A DNA stretch of 64,000 bases, taken from positions 1,600,001 to 1,664,000 of the forward strand of contig CBDAOB010000004.1 of assembly GCA_965197905.1 (NCBI GenBank), written 5' to 3'. The position numbers and the translations under genes were made by a program. This document shows, one piece after another, positions 49,177 through 58,730 of this stretch. Numbering within the stretch: the first letter of the stretch is position 1; the number at the start of each line of letters is the position of its first letter. This DNA comes from Candidatus Latescibacterota bacterium. Its GTDB lineage: Bacteria; Latescibacterota; UBA2968; UBA8231. Below the pieces are notes generated by a model that was not told the DNA's origin, did no database searches, and worked only from the letters and a program-made list of their open reading frames with translations.

Positions 49177-51906
49177 TCAGTGGGCTTCCAGCCAGTTGGT
49201 GCCGATGCCCACTTCAACGACGATAGGCACCTCTACCGGCAGCGCCGATCGCATCTTCTCTTCCACCATGGGTGGCAAGAGCTCGCGCTCGCTCCGGTGC
49301 ATATCGAACACCAGCTCGTCGTGGACCTGCAGCAGCATGCGGGATTTGAGATTCTGCGTCTTGATCTCACGGTGGATGTTGGCCATGGCGATCTTGATCA
49401 TATCCGCCGCCGAACCCTGAATCCGGGTGTTGATGGCATTGCGCTCGGCTGCCGCCCGCGAGGCTGCATTTCTAGAGGTGATGTCCCGTAGGTATCGGCG
49501 GCGCCCCATGATCGTCGCCACGTAACCGTGTTCCCGCGCGAAGTCGATGGTCTCATCCATGTAGGAACGAATGCCGGGAAACTGTTCGAAGTACTGGTCG
49601 ATGATCTCTTTCGCCTCACCGCGTGATATGTCCAGCTGCCCGGCTAGCCCGAAAGCCGATATGCCGTAGATGATCCCGAAATTCACCGCCTTTGCGCGGC
49701 GGCGCATCTCGGCGGTTACCCTGGCTTCGTCGACCTCGTAGACCTTCATCGCCGTGGTCGCGTGTATGTCGCCGTTCTCCTTGAACGTCTGCTGCATCCC
49801 AACATCGCCGCTGATCTCGGCGGCAAGACGCAGTTCGATCTGGGAGTAGTCGGCGGACAGGAGCAGATACTCCGCTGAACGCGGCACGAACGCCTTGCGG
49901 ATTTCGCGCCCAAACTCGGAACGTACCGGGATGTTCTGCAGGTTGGGCCCGCTGGACTGCAGCCGTCCGGTAGCGGTTACCGCCTGCTCATACGTGGTAT
50001 GCACGTGTCCGGTGCGCTCGTCGACGGTACCCGGGAGCATGTCGACGTAGGTCGACTTGAGTTTTGTGGACTCGCGATATGAGAGGACCTGTTGCGCGAT
50101 TTCGTGGCTCATCGCCAGCCGACGCAGGGTCTGTTCGTTGGTCTGGAACTGTCCAGTTTTCCGCGTTCGTCGGGCGTTCGGGTCGATCTTGAGCTTCTCG
50201 AAAAGAATGCTGCCCAGCTGCTGAGGTGAGTTGAGGTTGAACTCCTCGCCGGCCAGTTGAAAAATCGCGGCGCGGCATTGATCGATGGCTCTTGACAGGG
50301 TCTGGGAGAGGATGGCCAGCGGTTCCGGATCCAAGCGAACCCCTTCGTGTTCCATCTCTACCAAGGTTGAGACCAACGGCGACTCGACCTCCACGAGGGT
50401 CTTCATCACTTCCCGCTCTTCCAGTTTTTCGCGCAAGTATTCCGCCAGTTGCCAGGTGATGTCGGCGTCCTCGCCGGCGTACTCCACCAGCTGCTCGAGT
50501 TCCACGTCCCGCATGCTCAGCTGTTCCTCGCCCTTTTCCCCGATGAGTTCGGTGATCGAGAGCGGACGGTACCCGAGCAAGGACTCGGCTAGGAAATCCA
50601 AGGTCTTGCGCGAGTCCGGCTCCGCTAGGTGCGCCGCGATCATGGTATCAAACAGCGGACCATCAACGAAGATCTCGTGCCAGCGCAAGACTGCGAGGTC
50701 AAACTTCAGGTTGTGGCCCACTTTTTCCGTTTGAGGATTCGATAGCAGGGGCACGAATTCCTGCAATACCTCCATTGCCGCATCGCGTTCGGCGGGCAGC
50801 GGTACGTAATAGGCGGCACGTTCTTCGAAGGCGAAAGCGAGTCCGATGATCTCGCAGGTTCTGGGGTTGAGACCGGTGGTTTCGAGATCGAAACAGAACC
50901 GGGGTAGCTCCGTCAGCTGCGCGATCAGCTCGGCACGCTTTTCCTTGCCCTGTATCAGACGGTAGTCGTGCTCGATCTGTTGGAGGTTTTGCACCTCGCC
51001 GGCAGCCGGCTTGGAGGCCGTGGCGGTAGCTTCGAAGTCTTCCCCCAGAATCCGTTTGCCCAGAACGTTGAACTCCAGCTCGGAGAACACCTGGCTCAAG
51101 AGCGATTCGTCGTGGCGCGCGCGTTTCAGGTCGTTGACCTCCACGCCGACGGGTACCTGGCAGTCGATGGTGACCAATCTCTTCGACAGCAGCGCCTGCT
51201 CGCGGTGGGTCGCGAGGGTCTCCTTCTGTTTGCCTTTGAGCTGGTCCAGATGGTCCAGGAGGCCTTCGACCGATCCGTACTGGCCGATCAGCTTCTGCGC
51301 CGTTTTCTCGCCGATACCAGGCACCCCGGGCACATTATCACTGGTGTCGCCCATCAATCCCAGGATGTCGATCACCTGCTCGGGGCGCTCGATCTTCCAG
51401 CGGGCGTTGATCTCCGCGATGCCCTGCACCTCCTCGTCGCCACCGGCGCGCCCCGGCTTGAGCACGAAAATCCTCTTGGTGACCAGCTGACCATAATCCT
51501 TGTCCGGGGTAACCATGTAGGTGTCGATACCGTCCGCCGCCGCTCGCTGCGCCAGGGTGCCGATGATGTCGTCAGCTTCCCAGCCGGGCGCGGTGAGCAC
51601 GGTGACTCCCAGCGCCTCGCAGATTCTTCGCACGTACGGCAACGCCACCTGCAGATCCTCCGGCATGGCGTCCCGCTGGGCTTTGTACGGCGCAAACTCC
51701 TTGTGGCGGTGGGTAGGTTCGGGGGTATCGAAGGCGCAGCCGATATGAGTGCATTCGCCGTTGGCCAGAATCCCCATCAGGGTGTTGGCAAAGACAAACG
51801 GCGCCGAGGTGTTAATCCGGGTGGAGGTGAGATGGGGGTTTCGTATCAACGCGAAATGGCCGCGATACGCCAGTGCCATTCCGTCCAGGAGGTACAGCCT
51901 CGACAT
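49177..51906 (-). CDS. polA: DNA polymerase I
   Basis: 5'-3' exonuclease (LLDG, EADD, GDTSDNVPG), 3'-5' exonuclease DLETT, polymerase motifs ADYSQIELR, KAVNFGIIYG, QVHDEL. Confidence 0.98.
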   Translation of the reverse strand: MSRLYLLDGMALAYRGHFALIRNPHLTSTRINTSAPFVFANTLMGILANGECTHIGCAFDTPEPTHRHKEFAPYKAQRDAMPEDLQVALPYVRRICEALGVTVLTAPGWEADDIIGTLAQRAAADGIDTYMVTPDKDYGQLVTKRIFVLKPGRAGGDEEVQGIAEINARWKIERPEQVIDILGLMGDTSDNVPGVPGIGEKTAQKLIGQYGSVEGLLDHLDQLKGKQKETLATHREQALLSKRLVTIDCQVPVGVEVNDLKRARHDESLLSQVFSELEFNVLGKRILGEDFEATATASKPAAGEVQNLQQIEHDYRLIQGKEKRAELIAQLTELPRFCFDLETTGLNPRTCEIIGLAFAFEERAAYYVPLPAERDAAMEVLQEFVPLLSNPQTEKVGHNLKFDLAVLRWHEIFVDGPLFDTMIAAHLAEPDSRKTLDFLAESLLGYRPLSITELIGEKGEEQLSMRDVELEQLVEYAGEDADITWQLAEYLREKLEEREVMKTLVEVESPLVSTLVEMEHEGVRLDPEPLAILSQTLSRAIDQCRAAIFQLAGEEFNLNSPQQLGSILFEKLKIDPNARRTRKTGQFQTNEQTLRRLAMSHEIAQQVLSYRESTKLKSTYVDMLPGTVDERTGHVHTTYEQAVTATGRLQSSGPNLQNIPVRSEFGREIRKAFVPRSAEYLLLSADYSQIELRLAAEISGDVGMQQTFKENGDIHATTAMKVYEVDEARVTAEMRRRAKAVNFGIIYGISAFGLAGQLDISRGEAKEIIDQYFEQFPGIRSYMDETIDFAREHGYVATIMGRRRYLRDITSRNAASRAAAERNAINTRIQGSAADMIKIAMANIHREIKTQNLKSRMLLQVHDELVFDMHRSERELLPPMVEEKMRSALPVEVPIVVEVGIGTNWLEAH

Positions 51907-51939
51907 GGGCAACAATCTAAAGAAATGGGAGGTGGCAAC

Positions 51940-51975
51940 AAAAAAAGACCCCGCCGCGTTGTTGGCGGCGAGGTC
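51940..51975 (-). terminator. Rho-independent terminator after the ArsR-SRPBCC cluster
   Basis: GACC-CCGCCGC / GCGGCG-AGGTC hairpin followed on the minus strand by T7. Confidence 0.65.
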
Positions 51976-52009
51976 ATTGGGGGGTCCGCGGGCCCCGCGG
52001 AAAAGGCGT

Positions 52010-52564
52010 TTACTCTACGCGGGCAAGATGCATGTCGTGAGCCTGCTGGGCCTCGCCGTCCTGAAACATGGTCCACCGTTGAACGATGTTGTCCTTGTCC
52101 ACCATAGACAGCGCCATGGAATGCATATGCATCCCCTTGGCCGCATCGAGCTCGTTGTCCTCGGAAAATATGAACAGTATTTTACCATCTTCGGTAGCCT
52201 GGAGATCCATGCGGGGCTGATTCCCCAGCATGCAGTAATGAGTCATGGAAAGCTTGCCGCTGCGATCGTGATAGACGCTGACCATCTCCATCGGGGTGCC
52301 CGGGCCAAAGGTCTCGAGAATGGCGCTCCCACCGGCGGTGAGGTGATAAGAGACGCGCATCTTCTGCATCATTTTCGCATGCTCCTCGGGCATCTCTTCT
52401 CCCTTGCCCTTCATCGGCATATCGCCCTCCCAGACCCCAACCAGCCCCTTCATGCGCTCAAACTCGGCGGATCCCTGATACGGTTGCATCTCCATCTGCG
52501 CTGAGACCAGCTGCGGAGCCATTATTAAAAAGGCCGCCAGGACAAGAGCCGGTAGATTCTTCAT
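52010..52564 (-). CDS. Secreted hypothetical protein (Met/His-rich)
   Basis: Signal peptide, AGGAGG RBS, EMVSVYH, THYCMLGNQPRM. Confidence 0.8.
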   Translation of the reverse strand: MKNLPALVLAAFLIMAPQLVSAQMEMQPYQGSAEFERMKGLVGVWEGDMPMKGKGEEMPEEHAKMMQKMRVSYHLTAGGSAILETFGPGTPMEMVSVYHDRSGKLSMTHYCMLGNQPRMDLQATEDGKILFIFSEDNELDAAKGMHMHSMALSMVDKDNIVQRWTMFQDGEAQQAHDMHLARVE

Positions 52565-52666
52565 GATGTGACCTCCTAGGTAAGAGTTATGGTGTGAAGG
52601 TAACTCTGTCGTCCGCTTGATTGAGTTTGCCCTGAACATATACCACAACATCGCGGGTGACCAGAA

Positions 52667-53119
52667 TTAGGAAGCCACGTACTTGCTCAAGTTGACGAAG
52701 CACGCGGTCCAACCCTCCTTGTGGCGCTCGGCACTTTCGCCGGAAGCGAGCTGCGTGTGGGTAAGCTCGATTCTTGTGCCGTCCCCGTCCGGTGACAGCC
52801 GGTAGGTCACCTTCGACTGATGCTCTTCTTCTCCCTCGTCTTCCTCCCAAGCCCAAGTATAACAAAGCAGATTGGGCGGGCTCAGCTCTTCGATGGTCCC
52901 CTTTACCGAGTAGACCTCGCCGTCGGGGGCCTTCATCTCGATGCGGTACTCGCCGCCCACGCGAAGGTCCATTTCCGCAACCGGGACTTCAAACTCCTCG
53001 TGACCAAACCACTTTTTCAGCTCGTCCGCTGACGTCAGCGCGCGGAAGACCCGGTCCGCCGGCGCCGCAACCGTGTGAGTCAAGGTGAGAGATACCCCTT
53101 CAGTTTTTGTTTCGGTCAT
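52667..53119 (-). CDS. SRPBCC/AHSA1 domain protein
   Basis: VFRALT....KKWF, DLRVGG, YTWAW, HKEGW. Confidence 0.92.
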   Translation of the reverse strand: MTETKTEGVSLTLTHTVAAPADRVFRALTSADELKKWFGHEEFEVPVAEMDLRVGGEYRIEMKAPDGEVYSVKGTIEELSPPNLLCYTWAWEEDEGEEEHQSKVTYRLSPDGDGTRIELTHTQLASGESAERHKEGWTACFVNLSKYVAS

Positions 53120-53444
53120 CTGTTTCCTCCTCAAGGTGGGTGTCCAACGCCTGCAACCGGCGGCGCCAGAAGAGTTTGTATTTGGCGAGGAACTGCTCCG
53201 CCTCCGCCAGGGGTGCCTGATTGACGCGGCATAGATTGTTGCGGCCGTTTCTGCGCCTCATCAAAAGACCTGCGCGCTCCAGAACCACCAAGTGTTTGGA
53301 TATGGCGGGCTGGGTAATGGTGAAGTTTGCGGTCAGATCCTTGACCGCCACCTCTTCTGGACCAATCTGCTCCAGAATAGACCTTCGGGTGGTGTCGGAT
53401 AAGGCGGCAAAGATCAGACTCAACTGTTCAGGACGCATAACCAT
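53100..53444 (-). CDS. ArsR/SmtB family transcriptional regulator
   Basis: FAALSDTTRRSIL, TQPAISKHL.VLERAGL; canonical ArsR-SRPBCC pair. Confidence 0.92.
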   Translation of the reverse strand: MVMRPEQLSLIFAALSDTTRRSILEQIGPEEVAVKDLTANFTITQPAISKHLVVLERAGLLMRRRNGRNNLCRVNQAPLAEAEQFLAKYKLFWRRRLQALDTHLEEETDDRNKN

Positions 53445-53657
53445 CGGGTTATTAATTAATGTCTGAAACGGACCGTGTCAAGAAATTTTCTGGGACTCGC
53501 GATATTTTTCGGAAGATGTCTAGGGCGGAGACAGGCGTGAAATGGAGGGACGCTTGGGGCGAGCTATTCGTAGTCGCTCACGTTTTCCGAGCGTTGAACA
53601 GCCAGCTCCTTGAGCGTGGCCGGATCGCCGCACCGTTCCTCGCGCACAGCGGCAAAC

Positions 53658-54389
53658 CTATGGGGAATGGAGTGGCGTATCCGATTCGGGAAGTATGACC
53701 TCCAGACGAAAGGAGCCCGTGTTGTTGAGTTTGAATGCAATCTTCGCTCCTACGTAGCTGTCAGACTTGCCGGACGCAAAGGAGAACTCGCAGAGCTCAT
53801 CTCGGGCGACGATCTTGCCATCGTCGCGAACGATGCTGTATTCCAGCGTTCGTTTAGAGTCCTCGTTGCTCTGGCCGCGTTTGAGGTACATGAAAAGATT
53901 GGCGAATATGGATCCGTCGTTGCCCATCGCGACGCGGTCCGGGTATAGACTGTTGAAGAAGAAATGACGCACGGCTAGTCCGTCGACAAAATGCAGCTCT
54001 TCGTGGGGTTCGACATGGAAGCTCCCCTCCGGTTCGATCTCTACGGCGTAGCTACGATCGTCCTCCACCAGCTCATTGAGCGCCTTGGCCACGTCGGCGG
54101 CAGCCAGGGTTGCGGCATACTGCGATCCGTACTTCTGCCATACTTGCATCTCCGGCCCTTCGGCCCAACTCTTGGACTGTTCCGCATCTCTAACAGTTTG
54201 AATCAGCAGGACATCCGCCGTCGCCGAGGGACGAAAGATGCTGTACCGTGTTTGATGGTCCGTGGAAAACCAGCCGGTGAGGGCTTCGCGGGTTTCCTTG
54301 GCAGACAGGGTGTTTTGTTCGACGTGACTGGTCATTCGGTTTTTCATCCCTTCGTGAATGGCGGGATCGGGTGCCCGTCGATGTAGCAT
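53658..54389 (-). CDS. Hypothetical protein
   Basis: 243-aa ORF with protein-like composition; start uncertain; no family recognised. Confidence 0.6.
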   Translation of the reverse strand: MLHRRAPDPAIHEGMKNRMTSHVEQNTLSAKETREALTGWFSTDHQTRYSIFRPSATADVLLIQTVRDAEQSKSWAEGPEMQVWQKYGSQYAATLAAADVAKALNELVEDDRSYAVEIEPEGSFHVEPHEELHFVDGLAVRHFFFNSLYPDRVAMGNDGSIFANLFMYLKRGQSNEDSKRTLEYSIVRDDGKIVARDELCEFSFASGKSDSYVGAKIAFKLNNTGSFRLEVILPESDTPLHSP

Positions 54390-54521
54390 AAGGCCACCGG
54401 TGGGGCTCGGTCAAGACTGCTGGCTCCCTCCGATTGACGTCCCCAGGGACCGGTTTTATACCTTCCAGGACGGCGGCGTGCCGCCGGAAGAGGCCTAGGT
54501 GAACGGGGAAAGGAGTTTCCA

Positions 54522-54995
54522 ATGGCGAAGAAATACTGGCTTATGAAATGCGAAGAAAGTGAGTGTAGGTTCGAGGAGTTGAAGGAGCGTCCCGGCGGCG
54601 TCGGACATTGGCGGGGGGTGCGCAATTACCAGGCGCGCAACTTCCTGCGCCACGAGATGGCCAAAGGGGACCTGGTGTTGTTTTACAACTCCAACTGCGA
54701 GACGCCTGGTGTAGGCGGGGTGGCGGAAATCGCCCGCGCCGGCTACCCCGATCCCAGTGCGTTCGATACCTCCAGTCCCTACTACGACGACAAGTCCAAC
54801 CCCGACGAACCCCGCTGGTTCTCTGTAGACGTAAAATGGAAACGTCCCTTCAAGCGGTTTGTCCCGCTGTCGGACCTGAAGGCTGCTCCCGAACTCGCGG
54901 AGATGAAGGTCGTGCAGCGGGGTCAGAGGTTGTCGATCCAGCCGGTCACCAAGACCGAATTCAACTTCGTCTGTAAACTTGGGAGCCGCACCTAG
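54522..54995 (+). CDS. EVE domain protein
   Basis: YWLMK.E, W.GVRNYQARN, GDLVLFY.S, RLSIQPV. Confidence 0.95.
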   Translation: MAKKYWLMKCEESECRFEELKERPGGVGHWRGVRNYQARNFLRHEMAKGDLVLFYNSNCETPGVGGVAEIARAGYPDPSAFDTSSPYYDDKSNPDEPRWFSVDVKWKRPFKRFVPLSDLKAAPELAEMKVVQRGQRLSIQPVTKTEFNFVCKLGSRT

Positions 54996-55020
54996 AGACC
55001 TCCGGTCCGCACGGCAACGG

Positions 55021-56109
55021 CTACAGATCGAACCGCAACTGACTGGGAACGGAGCGAAAATGCGCGGTCGACAGTTCGTGCTCGTTGCGGTGGTCCAGAC
55101 CGTGTCGGCGCAGGGACAGTGCGAACAGATCCTCGATCAGGGTGGCGAACCGACCCTCGCCTCGCATGCGGGTAAAGAACCGATTTTCGGATAGATGTCC
55201 GCCTCGCACACTGCGCAGCCGCGCTTCGATCTTCGACGCGCGGTCGGGAAAGTGGCGTTTCAGCCATTCCATGAAGAGTGGTTCGAGCGCCCCGGGCAGC
55301 CGCACCATGATATAGCTTGCCCAACGCGCCCCGGCGGCGGCGGCCGCGGCGAGGATCGCCGGCATCTCCGGGTCGTTGAGACCGGGAATGAGAGGCGCTA
55401 TCATCACACCCACCGGAATTCCCCGTTGCGCCAGCGACTCCACGGCGCGCAGGCGTCGACGGGGCCGGGAAGTGCGGGGTTCCATGACGCCGGCCAGATC
55501 GGTGTCCATGCTGGTGATCGACAGGTTGATGTGCACCAGGTCGAAGGCCGCCAATTCCGCCAAGATATCGAGATCGCGGGTGACCAGCTCGTTTTTGGTG
55601 ATGATGGCAACCGGATTGCGATACTTGAGAAACACCTCAAGGCATCGGCGGGTGAGTTGGAGCTGGCGTTCGACCGGTTGATAGCAGTCGGTATTCCCGG
55701 AGAGCGCTACCACCTGAGGGTTCCAGGTAGAGCGTTGAAACGTTTGTTCCAGCAGCTTGGGAGCGTCTTTTTTGACCAGAATCCGCGTTTCGAAATCGAG
55801 GCCAGCGGAGAACCCCAAATATTCATGGGTAGGACGCGCGTAACAATAGATACAGCCGTGCTCGCACCCGCGATAAGGATTTAAGCTGTACTGGAAACCG
55901 ACGTCGGGGCTGTCATTGCGCGCAAGCACCGTACGGGAATCGTCGAGCAGGAACTCGGTGGGGACGGCGTGCGGCTGGTTCTCCTCGGTGACATCCAGCT
56001 CGAGGTGCAGGCGCTCAAAGCGATTGGGCACGGCCGAGCCGGTGCTGCGGCCTCTCGGGCTCCACGTTTGAGACGATGGGGGATACATGCGGTGCAGACC
56101 TCCGGTCAT
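55021..56109 (-). CDS. PA0069 family radical SAM protein
   Basis: NPYRGCEHGCIYCYARP, SGNTDCYQP.E, MEPR. Confidence 0.94.
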   Translation of the reverse strand: MTGGLHRMYPPSSQTWSPRGRSTGSAVPNRFERLHLELDVTEENQPHAVPTEFLLDDSRTVLARNDSPDVGFQYSLNPYRGCEHGCIYCYARPTHEYLGFSAGLDFETRILVKKDAPKLLEQTFQRSTWNPQVVALSGNTDCYQPVERQLQLTRRCLEVFLKYRNPVAIITKNELVTRDLDILAELAAFDLVHINLSITSMDTDLAGVMEPRTSRPRRRLRAVESLAQRGIPVGVMIAPLIPGLNDPEMPAILAAAAAAGARWASYIMVRLPGALEPLFMEWLKRHFPDRASKIEARLRSVRGGHLSENRFFTRMRGEGRFATLIEDLFALSLRRHGLDHRNEHELSTAHFRSVPSQLRFDL

Positions 56110-56181
56110 AGCGACTGCATCCCTTGCGGTCGCTGCTATCCGTCTAGAAAACGGTGGTCATAAAACCTTGTCAACGAAACC

Positions 56182-56637
56182 ATGCTGATAGGTTTGATCT
56201 CGGACACCCACGGTCTGTTGCGGCCGGAAGCGCTTGAAAGGTTAGCGGGTAGCGATCTGATCGTTCACGCCGGAGACGTGGGCCGCAAGGATATCCTGGA
56301 CGAGCTTCGAGGCGTGGCGCCCTTGATCGTGGTGCGTGGAAACGTCGACCGCGATCCGTGGGCGGCGCGGCTGCCCGAGTCCGAGGTGGTGGACGTGGAC
56401 GGCAAGAAACTCTTGGTCCTACACGATCTGGGCACGTTGAAAGCTGAGGTGGTGGACGACGTTGATGCGGTCATCTACGGCCATTCCCATGCGGCGCGTA
56501 TCCATTGCGAGGGCGGCGTACTCTACATCAATCCCGGAAGTGCCGGTCCCCGACGGTTCAAACTGTCGGTTACCTTGGGCAAGTTGCGCATTGAAGCGGG
56601 GCGCCTCGGCGCACAGCTCATAGAGCTGGAGATCTAG
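56182..56637 (+). CDS. Metallophosphoesterase (YfcE-like)
   Basis: SDTH, HAGD, GNVD, GHSH, NPGS. Confidence 0.94.
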   Translation: MLIGLISDTHGLLRPEALERLAGSDLIVHAGDVGRKDILDELRGVAPLIVVRGNVDRDPWAARLPESEVVDVDGKKLLVLHDLGTLKAEVVDDVDAVIYGHSHAARIHCEGGVLYINPGSAGPRRFKLSVTLGKLRIEAGRLGAQLIELEI

Positions 56638-56718
56638 GGGAAGTCGTGCCGGAAAAATAACCGGAACGGGGGGGCCGGTGAGGGGCGGGAGTACGGGGAG
56701 GTTATTGCCCCATGGAAC

Positions 56719-56973
56719 TCAGTTGAAGCTGCGAATGCAGTTGCCCGCCGCCCACACCTCGACCACCTGGAGATCGCGGCCGTAGGCACCCGCGGTAACT
56801 AGAAAACTTCGTTCGGTCTGTTTGCGCAACAGCTCTCGAACGTTTTCAAGGCGGTCGGCCGTGAACACCTGTTGGCTGGCGAATTTCATGTTGTTGAGCG
56901 CCCCTTCGGAGGCAGTTGCCAGCTGGTCCGGGTCGGTTTCGACCATTTCTACGCGGTAACACTTTCCTTGCAT
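56719..56973 (-). CDS. Small hypothetical protein
   Basis: MQGKCYRVEM..., GAGGA RBS 7 nt upstream. Confidence 0.6.
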   Translation of the reverse strand: MQGKCYRVEMVETDPDQLATASEGALNNMKFASQQVFTADRLENVRELLRKQTERSFLVTAGAYGRDLQVVEVWAAGNCIRSFN

Positions 56974-56998
56974 CGGTTTCCTCTTGCGGTGTAGAATG

Positions 56999-57630
56999 CG
57001 GCATTGAACTATACGTGCCTCCGAAAAGCAATATGTATGCCGTATACCGATTGGGACTGGGGTGCCGGTCTTCCAACCCCGAAGCCCAAGCGGACCCGCT
57101 CTCTGCCGGCGATGCCATTCGCAGGCGAGACCGTGGGCCATATCGGCGCTGTAGATCGCCGTTTGTAAATCACTATGCCGAGTCCGCCTGCCGGTAGATA
57201 TTTCCCCTTTCGCGAGGTGGACGAGCGGTGAGCACCGACTGGGTATCTCGGCTGGAGTTTCATCCTCAGGTTGGTGAATGGTTCTTCGAGCAGTACGCCG
57301 CGCCCCAGGGCTTGGGAGCGTACCGCGGCTTGCTGAGCATCTTCTGGTGTCGGCCCGGACGACGGTACCGGCAAAACCTTGGCAGCGTTTCTTTGGGATC
57401 TTCTGAGGGACTCGTTCGATGTCGTCGCAAAGTGGAAAGCTGATCCTGTTGCGGTCGTAGCATCATGTGCTCGGGTCGTCTGAAAAACTCAAGGTGTTCA
57501 GGGTACTGCCGATAAGAAAAATGCGTCGCGCTTCGGTACACTACACATGTTGGTTGCGGGCACATTACATCGGTCATGAGCGCGACGCTCGTAGGGGACG
57601 GTTTCCTCCGCCGTCCCCGTTAGTTTTTTC
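56999..57630 (+). ncRNA. Candidate large structured non-coding RNA, family unidentified
   Basis: More than 10 helices including nested long-range pairs, G-U wobbles on the + strand, terminal GC hairpin with T-rich tail, no credible ORF. Confidence 0.5.
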
Positions 57631-57663
57631 TCTCCCCCTTTGTAGGAACAAGCTTCTTTAAGG

Positions 57664-57980
57664 CGAACTGCACTCAATGTCTTTGCGGGCAGTCCGCAAT
57701 AGCGCAATTGCGGACGCGTCACGCTTGGCCAGGACTCATTGAGAGACCGTGAGTCCCAACCGACCATAAGCTGAGTCCGTCGGGCACACGTTGTTCCAGA
57801 GATCAATCGACCGATTGGGCGGCGAAACGTCTGGGGTAGAGACGCTTTCGCTGCCGATTTAAGGGCGCCACTGGCACGGTCGATATAGTAGAGTAATGAC
57901 TCTCAGGGACGAGACTCAGATGGGGCTCTGGACAGTGAACACACTCCCGCTTTACCTTGTCCAGGGCCCCTCTTCATTTT
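57664..57980 (+). ncRNA. Candidate second structured RNA (long bulged hairpin, 6S-like geometry)
   Basis: Nested stems 57764-57923, flanking hairpins, 13-bp terminal stem followed by TCTTCATTTT. Confidence 0.5.
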
Positions 57981-57990
57981 ACCACGAAAC

Positions 57991-58311
57991 ATGAATTTGC
58001 TGGATGATCTGTGCGAACGATTTGCGGACGCGAACAATCCTCTATCCATTCAGGCCGAGGAACTCAGACTCCGGCTCGGGACCGTCGATCTAAGTGAAGC
58101 CCAGGAGTTCTACCGCCTCGTCAGCGAACAGTCGGAGCTTCCGCAGTTGCGCGAACCGCTCGGGTATCTCGAACATCCCTTTGTTCTGTTCGGAGGCGCG
58201 TTTGTGGCACAAACGATGGAAGATCTACGAGCCGGAAGCGCGACGCCACCCAGTTCGTCACGTATTCACTATGTACCCTTAGACGAATACGGCCCCCAGG
58301 ACGAATTCTGA
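57991..58311 (+). CDS. Small hypothetical protein
   Basis: 106-aa ORF with protein-like composition. Confidence 0.55.
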   Translation: MNLLDDLCERFADANNPLSIQAEELRLRLGTVDLSEAQEFYRLVSEQSELPQLREPLGYLEHPFVLFGGAFVAQTMEDLRAGSATPPSSSRIHYVPLDEYGPQDEF

Positions 58312-58414
58312 GTGCTACGGTCGTCGGAAACGAGAGAGGCGGGCGCGGGCGGTTGGTTGCACCGGAGGCGGTGCTAGCTCCTGACCCAGGGGGCACACAT
58401 CGCTGAAGATGGAA

Positions 58415-58603
58415 TTAAACGGCCTGCATGATGTCGGTTGGAAGGCACTTCAAATCGCGGCAAAGACCCAACAAGACGTACGGAGTCACTCCATCGGGGC
58501 CCTTATCTACCGTCCGCTTGATATACTGGTAGGCATCTTGGGGCAACGCAGTCTGTCGTTCTTGAAGAAGCTGTTCGATGGCATCTTTCTTAAACTGTTT
58601 CAT
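58415..58603 (-). CDS. Small protein, possibly a degenerate Cro/C1-type HTH
   Basis: MKQFKKDAIEQLL...VLLGLCRDLKCLPTDIM resembles the LC..L.C...DI tail of Xre/YozG-like proteins; AAGGGG RBS. Confidence 0.5.
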   Translation of the reverse strand: MKQFKKDAIEQLLQERQTALPQDAYQYIKRTVDKGPDGVTPYVLLGLCRDLKCLPTDIMQAV

Positions 58604-58730
58604 GCGACGAATCCCTTTTGCAGGGGGAGGGTTGTTTATGGAGGCGAGACTGGAGCGGGGATGGAACAAGGCCAAGGGTAACGATCTGGTCACGAATAGG
58701 CAAGCTGGAGATGCGCGACTAAACGCTTGT

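Noticed and set aside
47919..49226. Long antisense ORFs (this 435-aa ORF, also 214-1140, 16133-17065, 50968-52107)
   Set aside because: They lie opposite well-supported genes, as expected from GC-rich codon bias.
57009..57806. Short ORFs in the structured gap (e.g. 57266-57577, 57009-57374, 57498-57806)
   Set aside because: No motifs, atypical composition, mutually overlapping; base-pairing explains the region better.
57895..57935. Glycine riboswitch suggested by ACTCTCAGG...CTCTGGA
   Set aside because: The GGAGA and CCGAAG core elements are missing and no glycine-related gene follows.
56999..57980. RNase P RNA, tmRNA, SRP RNA or group II intron as the identity of the structured region
   Set aside because: No GAGGAAAGTCC, no tRNA-like ends with CCA, no SRP loop motif and no domain V recognised by eye; a covariance-model search is still needed.
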